Shown piece by piece: positions 33,401-43,355 of a stretch of DNA of 64,000 nucleotides. Origin of the DNA: an uncultured delta proteobacterium (lineage in GTDB: Bacteria > Desulfobacterota > Syntrophobacteria > Syntrophobacterales > Syntrophobacteraceae); the NCBI GenBank assembly GCA_963808625.1, contig CAWEHK010000033.1, forward strand, positions 64,001 through 128,000. Reading direction: 5' to 3'. Position 1 is the first letter of the stretch; each line of letters opens with the position of its first letter. The notes beneath the pieces are model-generated. The model saw nothing but the letters and a program-made list of their open reading frames with translations. It was not told the DNA's origin and made no database searches. The translations under genes and the position numbers were made by a program.

Positions 33401-33561
33401 CGGAAGCGGCGGGCTCGGCCTTCGGTGCGGTTGATGGAGGCGCAGATTTCATCCATTACGGCGCGCTCCTCAGAGACATCGCCCGGCGAGGAGACGAAGA
33501 CGGTGATGATTTGAACGGGGTTCGAGGTTTCGGGAGAGGCGTCGGTGGTTTTCTTGGTCAT
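30493..33561 (-). CDS. DUF4062 + NACHT NTPase + FGE-sulfatase (C-type lectin fold) protein; several frameshifts
   Basis: VFVSSPGDV..ER, RFGTP..SGTEKEF; Walker A GDPGTGKST; Walker B LMLDGVDE; TSRP; NPLLL; HLSFQEFL; PVTNAQY, LPTERQWEAAARG, DMAGNVWEW, RGGGW, GFR. Confidence 0.85.
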
Positions 33562-33639
33562 GAGCTTAACTCCGCAATGAGCTTCAAATATTGAGGCGGC
33601 TCTCTGCAAAGCTCACCGGCGAGACTTTGCGCCAGAGAG

Positions 33640-33890
33640 CTAACTGCGATTCCTTGTCTTTGACGGCCTGATCAAGGAGTGATGCGAGATTCTGCCTGGC
33701 TTTCGAATAGGTGTAGACAGCCATCAGGTTACCTCCATAATTTTGACTTTCATCTTCTTTGCGCAAAAGCTCAGTTCGCGATCGAGGGTAATCAAAGGAA
33801 ACCTGCACTTCAAGGCGCATCGGATGATATAGGCATCGTAAGCGTAAAGGTTAAGCGTCTCGGCGATCTCGATGGATTGCTCCAGTGTAG
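33640..33890 (-). pseudogene. Remnant VapC (PIN) toxin C-terminus plus truncated Phd/YefM antitoxin
   Basis: LYAYDAYIIRCA..PLITLDREL ending in a TGA that overlaps the ATG (33724) of MAVYTYSKARQNLASLLDQA. Confidence 0.7.
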
Positions 33891-34523
33891 CAGATCAGAT
33901 TGTATTCAGCAAGTAGCGTGGAAACACTCCGGTCAAGCCTCTTTGGGGGGCTGCAATGGGAGTGTGGCTCTGCCCCTTTTTTCGGAGGGCAAGAGCTGTC
34001 ATTATACTGCCGAGAGAGCATCAAATTGATTCCAATTGGTTTGAGGAGCTATTTATGAGACGTTCTCTTTAGAAATCTCGGGATCTCTGACATGTGCTTT
34101 CTTGCATTATTCCTCGATCTTATGAGGCTGACCCGCCTGGTTCCAACGTTTGACTCAAAATGAACAATGAGAGAGAAACTACTTGAACATGAAAAAATAT
34201 TGTATAGTCTAGGAAATTTTTTGCTGCTCTAATTGACCGTGAATGATGCAAGGGAGAAGATTCAAGGGGCTGTTTGGAGAGAAAATGAATCGAACGGGAT
34301 GGCGGTCTTCAGGGTGGATGGCGGTGATCCAGTAAAGACGAAGGGGATTGTAAAGAGAAGGTAAGAACGGTTTTTAAAGAGCGGGCTTTGCATGTTAAGA
34401 AAATTGAGTCTGGAAAGGGGGGATGTGATAGTTCAATTATCTCTGCGAAAGTGTTACATAGGCGCGACAAATCGGGGTTTTCTTAAATAGATCGAGTCAA
34501 GTGAGTAAAACAAGGAGAACGAT

Positions 34524-36283
34524 ATGAACGCAGCAATTCTTATGATCGTAGCAGCTGCTTTTTTCTGGTTCGCTTACCGTTTTTACGGAAGATACATTTC
34601 AAAGGTCTTTGAAGAAAATGATGACAATCCGACACCGGCATGTTGTCATGAAGGATGACTGTGATTATGTGCCGACCAAACCGATTGTCCTCTTCGGACA
34701 CCATTTTGCCAGCATCGCCGGCGGCGGGCCGATCATCGGTCCTACCGTCGCGATGATGTTCGGATTCATCCCCGTATGGCTGTGGGCGGTGTTCGGGAGT
34801 ATCTTTATCGGCGCCGTGCATGACATGACGACGCTTTTTGCCAGCGTCAGGGAGAAGGGACATTCGGTTGCCGAGATCGCCAAATCGACCTTGGGAAACA
34901 CGGGATTCTTTCTCTTTATCTCGTTTACCATATGCGTGCTGTTACTGGTGACCTCGGCGTTTCTGGGCCTGACGGCAACGGCTCTGACGTCTTTGCTGCC
35001 CCTGGACGTCCTCAAGCTGGATCCTTCGCAAACGGTGGTGAAGACCATCGAGGCCGGAGGAGTGGTCAAGGCCCAGATCGGCGGTATCGCCTCCACGTCC
35101 GTCATCATTATTACCTGCTTTGCACCGATTATCGGCTTCCTGGTGTATAAGAAGGGAATCAATGTTTATCTTGCCTCCGGAATCGCGATCGTTGTGTGCA
35201 TCCTTTCCGTTATCGTTGGAATGGAATATCCGATTTCCATCGCAGCCAATACCTGGATGATCATCCTCTGTTTTTATACCTTGCTGGCCGCGGGCATTCC
35301 CGTCTGGATTATTCTGCAGCCGCGGGACTTTACCAACTCGTTTTTGCTCTACGCCGGAGTTGCGGCATTGTTTATTGCAAGTATTGCGGCAGGCCTCAAA
35401 GGGGTTACCTTCAACGCCCCCATTACGAATATCGCGGCAGGGACAAGCAAGTTGGGTCCCATCTGGCCGTTTTTGTTCATTACCGTAGCCTGTGGCGCCA
35501 TTTCAGGCTTCCATTGCCTGGTTGCCGGCGGCACTTCATCAAAACAGGTTTCAAAAGAATCGGATATTATTAAAGTCGGCTACGGCGGGATGTTATTGGA
35601 AGGTTTGCTTGCCATCGGCGTCCTGGTTGCCGTCGGCTGCGGCCTCACGTTTCAGGATTACATGAATATTGTGTTCCCGACAGCCGCCGGGGCAAAGTCA
35701 AACCCGATTCTGGCCTTTGCCGCCGGCGCCGGCGGTTTGCTTGACAAAGGGTTGGGGATAGCACCCGTGTACGGGACCATTTTCGGAATTCTTCTCGTGG
35801 AAGGCTTTGTGGTCACCACCCTGGATACGGCCGTGCGGCTCAACCGATATTTATTCGAAGAGCTGTGGCAGGTTATGTTCACGAATGTTCCGAAGATAAT
35901 GAAAGGATATCTATTCAACTCGGCACTCTGTGTGATTCTCATGTACCTTCTGGCCTACAACAATGCGTTTTTGGCTCTCTGGCCCGCATTCGGCTCCGCG
36001 AATCAATTGCTTGCCTCTTTGGCGCTGATCGCCGTATCCGTGTGGCTGGTGAATAAGGGGAAAAGTGCCGTGTTTACCGTAATCCCGGCGATATTCATGA
36101 TGGCAACAACGTTATATTCACTGGTTAGTTTGCTTATTGAGACAATATCTTCCCAAGGGAGATTATATGCTAGCCGCCTTTGCGGTATTGTTGATTGTTC
36201 TTTCCATCGGTGTCATTGCATTATCATTCAAGAAATGGAGAGAAATAAGAAAGAATGGCGTAGTAGCACCAAGTGCGGCATAA
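34524..36283 (+). CDS. cstA: Carbon starvation protein A family transporter (frameshifted)
   Basis: DYVPT..VLFGHHFASIAG.GPIIGP, GAVHD, LQPRD, ACGAISGFH, TTLDTAVRL, FGSANQLLA. Frameshifts near 34640 and 36140. Confidence 0.9.
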
Positions 36284-36388
36284 TATGAGGGTAATAAGAA
36301 ACAGATGTATTATCGTATGTGGGTACTCATTGTATGAGAGCAAACTCATATTAGCGGAAAGTGTTCTCTCAGATATACCGTGCTCTGT

Positions 36389-36420
36389 TAGAGGGACAGC
36401 TTAAACTGTCCCTCTTTTTT
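36389..36420 (+). terminator. Rho-independent terminator after cstA
   Basis: AGAGGGACAG-loop-CTGTCCCTCT followed by a T tract. Confidence 0.8.
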
Positions 36421-36554
36421 CGGATGGTGTGTCTTTCATAACCCTCATTTCGCCCAAATCAGCAAACTTGAGTGATTTAGATTGCCCTCTAATACTTCGC
36501 TTGTTAGCGCGGTATTTAGAGAGGCAACCTCTGGCCCTATAGTTTAGACTGCCC

Positions 36555-36872
36555 CTAGCGAACGATCAAGAGGTTGTTGACCTTATGCACACCATAAATG
36601 CTCTGGGCCAATTCCGTCGCGCGATTCTTGGCAAATTCCGATTCCACCGCCCCCGTGAGGGTAACCTCACCCTGGAAAGTGTCCACGGAGACCGCGAAGC
36701 CGCTCAGATAAGGATCGTTGAAGATCTTGCTTTTGATGGTTGTCGTAATATTCATGTCATCGAGGACTTGGCCAGGGGTCCTGCCTGCGGCGGTCATGCA
36801 GGAGCTGACACTCAAAAGCAGCAAGACAGACGAGGAAGGCACAGGGAGTTCTTTCGATGTCGCATCAGGCAT
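36555..36872 (-). CDS. BON-domain lipoprotein
   Basis: Lipobox SVSSC, DD..ITTTIKS, V.TFQGEVTLTG, GVHKVNN. Confidence 0.85.
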   Translation of the reverse strand: MPDATSKELPVPSSSVLLLLSVSSCMTAAGRTPGQVLDDMNITTTIKSKIFNDPYLSGFAVSVDTFQGEVTLTGAVESEFAKNRATELAQSIYGVHKVNNLLIVR

Positions 36873-36959
36873 CCTCCTTTGTTTATTTAGCGTGCGAACC
36901 CAGCACGATACCGGTGCTGAGCGCGAGCAAAAGTTGCGATTTTAAAAACCAAGCAGCGC

Positions 36960-37324
36960 CATAAGCGCACACCAGGACGCCCGTACCATTAATCTGATCG
37001 CGTTTAAGTTTCAAGAGGGCATCATTGGCCAGCTCCAGGGGGAAGAGCTGGACTTTCGGGCGGATGGGGATTTCGGCTGCGAGTTCCAGTAATTCTACGG
37101 CGTCTTGCCATGGTGTTCGCGGTGACGCTATCGAACGTTCTTCTCGTAAAAGAGGTGCTCCTCATAGTTCAGTTCGGGGATGGCGGTCATGTATATTCCC
37201 GCAAGCGCCAGCGTCCCCCCTTTGCAAGGCGGGCCAAGGGCACGGGCTGGGGATCCGGCCAATCCGACCAGTCGAGCGGGGCCTTTTCCACCGGCGCGCA
37301 ACCTTTAAGAACCATCGCTTTCAT
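36960..37324 (-). pseudogene. Zinc-dependent alcohol dehydrogenase remnant with a large internal deletion
   Basis: N-terminal MKAMVL...PDPQP joins directly to the C-terminal AGIYMTAIP.LNYE..LFYEK, FPLE.ANDAL..LK. Confidence 0.7.
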
Positions 37325-37357
37325 GGTCTTTCCTCGAAGAAGGCAGACTCTTAGTTC

Positions 37358-37546
37358 TTCACCGCAGAGTCGCAGAGGACGCAGAGATTCAAAGCAAAGA
37401 GCTTTCTCTGCGCTCTCAGAGTCTCTGCACCGAAAAGTCATCGTGCGCAGGCCACCTTCAAAGACCGACTCGGTTTGGAAACCGAGTCGGTCTGGTCACC
37501 ACCGTACAGCTTTTCATGTGTCTTCGGGTGTCCCGAAGGGACATGA
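37358..37546. repeat. Cluster of three palindromic/REP-like elements
   Basis: CGCAGAG 9-mer array with an inverted copy; perfect 15-bp inverted repeat 37462-37493; GTCCC-GAA-GGGAC element. Confidence 0.7.
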
Positions 37547-37662
37547 GGGACTGCGGTAAATTTAAAAATGAAAAATATCCGTAAAAGAGCTGTAGTTGAT
37601 TTGTCTCAGCAATTCCTTCATAATGCAGCACAAGCGAATCATTTTGTAAATGGGGATTTATC

Positions 37663-40600
37663 TTGCTGCGACCGAAAAAAACCGTCAGAGGAAAGCGTCC
37701 TGACAACACCCATTTTGTGTTCAGGCTTTTTGCCTGGGCCCTTTTAGGCCTCTTCCTCATCTCCCTGACCTTAGTCCTGGCCCTGCATATCCCGGCGGTG
37801 CAGCAGTACTTGTTCAAAGAGGCGGCCCGCAGGCTTGAAAGCTCCGCCGGCATCGCGGTTCAGCTCGATTCCTTTCACTGGTCGCCGTTTCGCGAATTGC
37901 GTCTCCTTAACCTGAAGGTGAAGTCGCGGGGAAAAATTTTCTCGAATGTGAGGAGGCAAGGCTCGCCTATCGCCTCTCCTGGTCATGGCCTTATCTCCGC
38001 CCGGGAAAGCTTTCCTTGGAAAAGCCCTGGCTGCAACTTCAGCGCGATTCACAGGGGGATTTTCAACTTCCTGCCGAAAAATCGCCCGGAACTCGAGATT
38101 CCCAGGGGAGCAAGCCTTTTCCCTGGGCCGGTTTTCCCTGGCCGCAGGTGCGCATCGTTTCCGGAAACATTGTGGCCTACCAGGATGGTCAGGTTGTGCT
38201 TTCCGTCCGGGATGTGAATGCGACCGTTTCTTTGCAGGAGGTTTCCGGGAGCGATGGTCCGAAGCTCAAGATCAATTTTGGTCAGTGGCAGGGCTGCGCA
38301 GAGGTCCCGGAGCTCGGCGAATGGCAACTCACCGGCGAGGCGGAAATCCGGAAAGAAACGCTTCTTGTCAGGCAATTGGAGCTGAACATCCCGAACGTGG
38401 CTCAACTCTTCACTCACGGCAGCTGGGAACTGGCACCGCCCTTTGACGGTACGCTGGAAATCCAGGTGGCACAGTTATCAACGGCCATTTTCCCGCCGCT
38501 TCAGAAAAGCCTTCCCGCACTCCGAGAGATCACGGGATCGTTGCGCCTCACCAGGCAAGCGGGAACCTGTCCCTTGACCATGACTTGCAAAGCAACCTTG
38601 GAAATCTGCAGGGGACGCTTCTGATCGCGCCCAACGCCGCGGGCACCAGGTTCGTTCAGCTCCTTTCCCGCTTTGCCGACCTTCATGTACCCGTTTCAAG
38701 ACAACCTTCCGAATCCCATCTTTTCGGCCAGGTGGCGCTTACTTTGGAGGGAACGGAGCTTCGCACGGCAGAGGCCACCTTGCACGCCCTGGTGGAATCC
38801 TCGCGGTGGGGAGACCAGACCATTCACCGCGGCGAGGTGACGGGAACCTACGGACAGGGAATGGTGCAAGTGAAGTCGTCAAAGATTCAGAGCTCTCTTG
38901 GGGATTTCGATTTTTCCGGTGCTGCCGACCTCAGAGGATTATGGGACAACCAGCACTCCGGCGGAGTAAAATTCGATCTGCGCGCCGAACGGGCCAGCCT
39001 GCAAAAAGTGCTCCCGGGGGCTGCGCCGCGCTTTGGGGGGAGCATTGTCTACGAAGGCCATTACGGGGCTGGGGACTTCAGCAGGTGGGAGCGATGGCAG
39101 AGCAACATGGAAGCCAATATTTCCCTGCCCGCGTTCTTGACGCTAAAAGCATCAGGAAAGCAGAAGAATGAATCTCTGGCTCTCGATTACGACCTCGAAG
39201 CCAGCGATCTTCAAGGACTTGCCTCATTGTTTCCGTCGCTGGCGCGGCAAGGGCAAGGTAACATCACGGGGAAGCATCAAGGGAAGATGGCCCGATTGGG
39301 TGTGGGAGGGCGTCGTCAGCTCCCCGGCGTTCCAGGCCGGACCGGTGCTGGGAGAACAGGCATCGTTGAAGGGTAAGGGAAAGATCATCGGCAAAGAAGC
39401 CCAGCGAGAGTTGACCCTCAAGGTTCAAAACCTCAGTGTCGATGGCAAGAAACTGGGGGCCTTGAACCTTGACCTGCAGCAGGAGGCGGATACCTGTCGT
39501 TTCACCATCAGGAGTGAAGGCGTCTTGACTCATGGCGGGGCCAGGCTTTCGGGACGCGTTGAAAAAATCTGGGGGCCGGTAAGGACCCTGCTGGTCAATC
39601 AAAGTGCGCTCGCATGGAAGAATCAAAGCGCAGCACTTGATGCCAAAATTGAGGCAGGGAGCGAGGGGATTCGGGTACCATCCCTGACGATGCAGCACAA
39701 CAAGGAAAAGCTTCAGCTCGCGGGAGAAGTCCGGTTTGATGCCCGGAGTGACCTGAAGCTTACCTTTGAAGGGATTGACCTGGGTCAGTGGTCTCAGGTC
39801 CTCGCTCCCGAGCACCAGGTGTCAGGGACGGCGTCCGGGCAGATTGCGCTAAGGGGCCGCGCCGACCAGCCCGAAGCATCGCTCAACCTGCAGTTGACTC
39901 GAGCTTCGATCAAGCTCCCGAAAGATTCCGGCCGCGCTTTGGATGCTTCCCCTCAAAGTAAAAGGACCAGCGACGCGCTGTCGATCGAGCGGCTGCAGCT
40001 CCAGGGTGCCTTCGCCGGGAAGATTTTGAGCATTCAAGGTGACCTCGAGAGCTCGTCGGTGCAAACCCCCGTTCACTTTTCGGCAAAAGTACCGGTGCAT
40101 ATCAGTCTTCGGCCTCCTCTGCTGGAACTTTCCCGCACCGAGCAGTGGTCCTTTTCCTCGAAGGTGGCCGGGTTCCAGGTGGCGAGCCTCCTGCCTTACC
40201 TTACTTTCCTGGAAACACTTGGGGGCAGGATCGACCTCGATGTCCAGGGCGGAGGAACGATCAATCAACCACTTGTTGCCGGCTGTCGGCTCCTGGCAGA
40301 ATGGTTCGATGAAAATCAAGAAATGGCCGCACCTGATCGAAAATATCAAGGTCGAATGGCAGGCGGATGCCCGGCAAATCACCATTCAAAAAGGCGTGAT
40401 GGAACTCCTCGGGGGCCATCTGGAACTGAAGGGCAGGGTCGCTTACCCGTCCTTTGAGGAGATGACTTTGAGGCTCACGGCACCGACTTGGAGGCGAAGG
40501 ATATTTATGGCACCACGGGAAAGGTGTCAGGCCATGCCCAGTTGACTGGGACGAGCGCGGGAAGCAAACTTACGGGCGACTCTCCACCTGGCCAAAGGGG

Positions 40601-41481
40601 AAATGAATCTCGCGCAGCTCGAAACCAACCTGGCCCGAAGCATTCGCGTGATTGATGGGGAGAGCAAGGGAGAAGTCATTGAAGTCCGGAAAGAAGCACC
40701 GGGTCAAGGTAACTTTTTCAGCAAGCTGGAAATGGACCTCACCATTCATCTCCCTCCGTCCGGGACCTGGGTGCGCGGAATGGGACTGGATGCCGAAATA
40801 ACGGGCTCCCTCAAAATTGAAAAGCGACCATTCGCAGAAGTGAAGCTGCGCGGAGGATTCCAAACGCTTGCGAGGCGAATATCGGTTCCAGGACTATAAA
40901 CTCAAAATCGTCAGCGGTGAAGTGGTCTTCCCCGAGTCTCCGCAGCCTGACCCCCAGCTAAAAATCATTTGTCAAAAGGATGTGAAGGATGCCATCATAC
41001 AGGTACAGGTTACGGGACCGCTGAAGCAACCGAAGCTGGTCATGAGCAGTATGCCCTCGATGAACCAGGTGGATATCCTCTCTTATCTGCTTTTTGATCG
41101 GGCCGCAGGGGATTTGAGCTCCAAAGAGAGCTTTCAGCTCCAGGATAAGGCGGCTCATGGCTTGGGTCACAAACCTCGCAACTGCTCAAAAGGGTCCTCG
41201 GAGACACCCCGTTTACTCCGGATACCATCGAATATCGGAAAGGCCAGCTCAAGCCGACGGGCACTTCGGGGAGTGAAAACAGAAGGTGGGTGTTGTGGCG
41301 ATTGGAAAGTACCTCACTCCGGACTTGTATGTGAACTTCGAAAAGAGCGTTACCGGGGAAGAAGGGAACCAGGTCGAATGTTGAATACAGGTTGAACCGT
41401 CATCTTTCGATTCAGACGCAATTCGGTGGGACGCAACAGAGTGGAATCGACGTCTTCTGGCGCCACGATTTCGGCAAATAG
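37663..41481 (+). CDS. tamB: Translocation/assembly module TamB (AsmA-like) protein; many frameshifts
   Basis: N-terminal TM anchor, long beta-rich body, DUF490-like C-terminus (GLDAEITGSL, GPLKQPKL..S.P.M.Q.DILSYLLF). Confidence 0.75.
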
Positions 41482-41487
41482 GGGCGA

Positions 41488-41650
41488 GGATTTCGGATTC
41501 GGATGCGGATGTCGGATTGTCGGATGGCGGATGTTGGATTGCGGATGTTGGATTGCGGATGTTGGATGCGGATGTCGGATGGCGGATTTCGGTTTCGGAT
41601 TGGATGTGAAATTTCGGGTGTCGGATGTCGAAGGTCAGAATTTGGGATTC
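41488..41650. repeat. Heptamer tandem repeat (CGGATGT/CGGATTT-like)
   Basis: Roughly 20 degenerate units immediately after the tamB stop. Confidence 0.8.
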
Positions 41651-41767
41651 AGGCTGAGGAATGGATGCGCAATTTTGATGTTATGATAGTTACCCGAAGT
41701 TCATTTTGGGATAGCAAAATAAGCATGGAAGTATCGGTTTGGAGGTCGGTGTTGTTTCTTTTTCTGG

Positions 41768-41795
41768 CCACTGACCACTAACCACTGACCACTAT
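41768..41795. repeat. Heptamer tandem repeat CCACTGA x4
   Basis: ccactga ccactaa ccactga ccactat. Confidence 0.75.
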
Positions 41796-41813
41796 TTTTT
41801 AGGAGCAGTCTTC

Positions 41814-42008
41814 ATGAAGATGCAGGAAATTCGCCAGATGGCAAAGAAAATGGGGATCAATTCCTTCGGTAAGACCAAGATCGAATTGGTCCGGGAGATC
41901 CAGCGCAAGGAAGGTAATTTTGACTGTTATGGAACAGGTGCGGAGCAATGTGATCAACTGGAATGCCTGTTTCGATCCCCATGCCTTGAAAAACCTGCTG
42001 GTAAGTAG
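41814..42008 (+). CDS. Small SAP/Rho-N-like domain protein with Cys motif
   Basis: MKMQEIRQMAK..GI...KIELVREIQ..EGN.DCY..C.Q..C.FR..C; SD AGGAG. Confidence 0.75.
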   Translation: MKMQEIRQMAKKMGINSFGKTKIELVREIQRKEGNFDCYGTGAEQCDQLECLFRSPCLEKPAGK

Positions 42009-42029
42009 CAGAGGAAAGGATCAACCCTG

Positions 42030-42377
42030 ATGAAGGACCCTGTTGTGCTGCAAGATCAAGACGTTCTGCTCAGGATTCAAAACAACAAGAATCCCGACCA
42101 GGGGATCTTTCTGGTCATCGATGCATCCCGTGAACACCTCCAGACCCAGGGCCTGCAGGCGCTTTTTGGCTTGAAGGAAATCCGCATGGCGACGCAAGAT
42201 GTGGTGCAATCTCTTCATGAATACGCGCAAGTGCTCTCCTTCATTCTCGAAACCATCTCGACCGCTGAAGAGCTGGGATTGCCGTACCGCTACCAGAATG
42301 AATTTCAATTCGGCGACGCCAACTATACTCTCTATGAGGAAGGGGAGCACCGGATGCTGAGAAAGGTGGAAGCATAG
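42030..42377 (+). CDS. Hypothetical protein
   Basis: 115-aa ORF with an SD; in a probable operon with the upstream gene. Confidence 0.6.
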   Translation: MKDPVVLQDQDVLLRIQNNKNPDQGIFLVIDASREHLQTQGLQALFGLKEIRMATQDVVQSLHEYAQVLSFILETISTAEELGLPYRYQNEFQFGDANYTLYEEGEHRMLRKVEA

Positions 42378-42396
42378 GGCTCGTTTCCTCCACCTC

Positions 42397-43059
42397 TCAT
42401 TTTGACATTTCGGGGTGGGAGAGCCCCTGTGCTATCCGCTTTACTTCGTCTGCGAGGCCCACTTTGACTTTATCCCAGTCAATGTTCCAGAGGAGTATCG
42501 GGGAAGCGTCCCTTTCTGCTTCTTCAAAATCGACCAGCCCTTTCAGAAAAAGCAAGCGGCTGAAGCGAAGTGTTCCTTGTTCTTCCATAGCCTGCAGCAG
42601 AAGTTCCTCCAGAGAAATTGCAGAGCGGGTAAGACAGTAGAGATCGACAAAATCCTTTCTGCTGCCGCGGCTGGCTATGGCGTGGAGCTTCATCCGGCCG
42701 ATATCCTTGAGATCGGCCATTTGAAACGTGCCGCTTTCAGAGGCTATGGTCTTGAGTGGAAACTTGGGCGGAATCCGCTCCCGTAAGTAATCCACTTTGA
42801 TTGTCTCGATGACCATTTCGCAATGGTGGGGCGTCTGGTTGATCACCGTGGAGTTCATCCCGAGATCCCGCATCTCGCGCATCAGAGCCGAATAATCAAA
42901 ATCTTCGGGGACGAAGAAATCCAGATCAGCGGAGATCCGATGCCCCATCTGTAGGGCCAGAGCTGTGCCCCCACCGAGATAGACTGATTGCATCGACTTG
43001 AGAAGGCTCAATCCCAGGAGCAATCTCCAAACGGGGTCGGGTATCGCTTCACGGTGCAT
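42397..43059 (-). CDS. AbiEii-family nucleotidyltransferase toxin
   Basis: YLGGGTALAL..GHRISADLDFF, MKL.AI..RG.RKDFVDLY. Confidence 0.85.
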   Translation of the reverse strand: MHREAIPDPVWRLLLGLSLLKSMQSVYLGGGTALALQMGHRISADLDFFVPEDFDYSALMREMRDLGMNSTVINQTPHHCEMVIETIKVDYLRERIPPKFPLKTIASESGTFQMADLKDIGRMKLHAIASRGSRKDFVDLYCLTRSAISLEELLLQAMEEQGTLRFSRLLFLKGLVDFEEAERDASPILLWNIDWDKVKVGLADEVKRIAQGLSHPEMSK

Positions 43060-43307
43060 GATTCCTCCTTGGCGCCCAGGAGAAGGGCCCAGAATTTCCG
43101 CGATCTCCGGGATATCGACCGGCTCACCTTGAGTGTCTCCAGGAGCTCTTCTGCGGCGTAGGTCTGCAAGAGAAAACGCAAAGCGGCTTCATCACCATGT
43201 TCCATAAGCCGGCTGATGATGAAATGGGAGAAGTCGCCCAAAGAGAAAGTGTCAAAGTCGACGTCCCAGAAGAAGGGCTTCAAGGACGTCGGCAGATCTT
43301 TGGCCAT
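43008..43307 (-). CDS. DUF6922-like protein (putative AbiEii partner/antitoxin)
   Basis: FFWDVD...FIISRLMEHGD; overlaps the start of abiEii. Confidence 0.7.
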   Translation of the reverse strand: MAKDLPTSLKPFFWDVDFDTFSLGDFSHFIISRLMEHGDEAALRFLLQTYAAEELLETLKVSRSISRRSRKFWALLLGAKEESCTVKRYPTPFGDCSWD

Positions 43308-43355
43308 TTTCAAGGACTCCGGTTCTTTCATTTGCGGAACCCGCGCTGGATCGCA

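Noticed and set aside
29500..34500. Complete DGR cassette
   Set aside because: No reverse transcriptase, avd or AAC-rich template repeat was found by eye; only the putative target is present.
41488..41650. Possible CRISPR array
   Set aside because: Short tandem units without unique spacers; no cas genes in the window.
41426..41781. Small Cys/Gly-rich ORFs (also 30158-30385 and 51329-51682)
   Set aside because: They are translations of tandem repeats, with no evidence of being genes.
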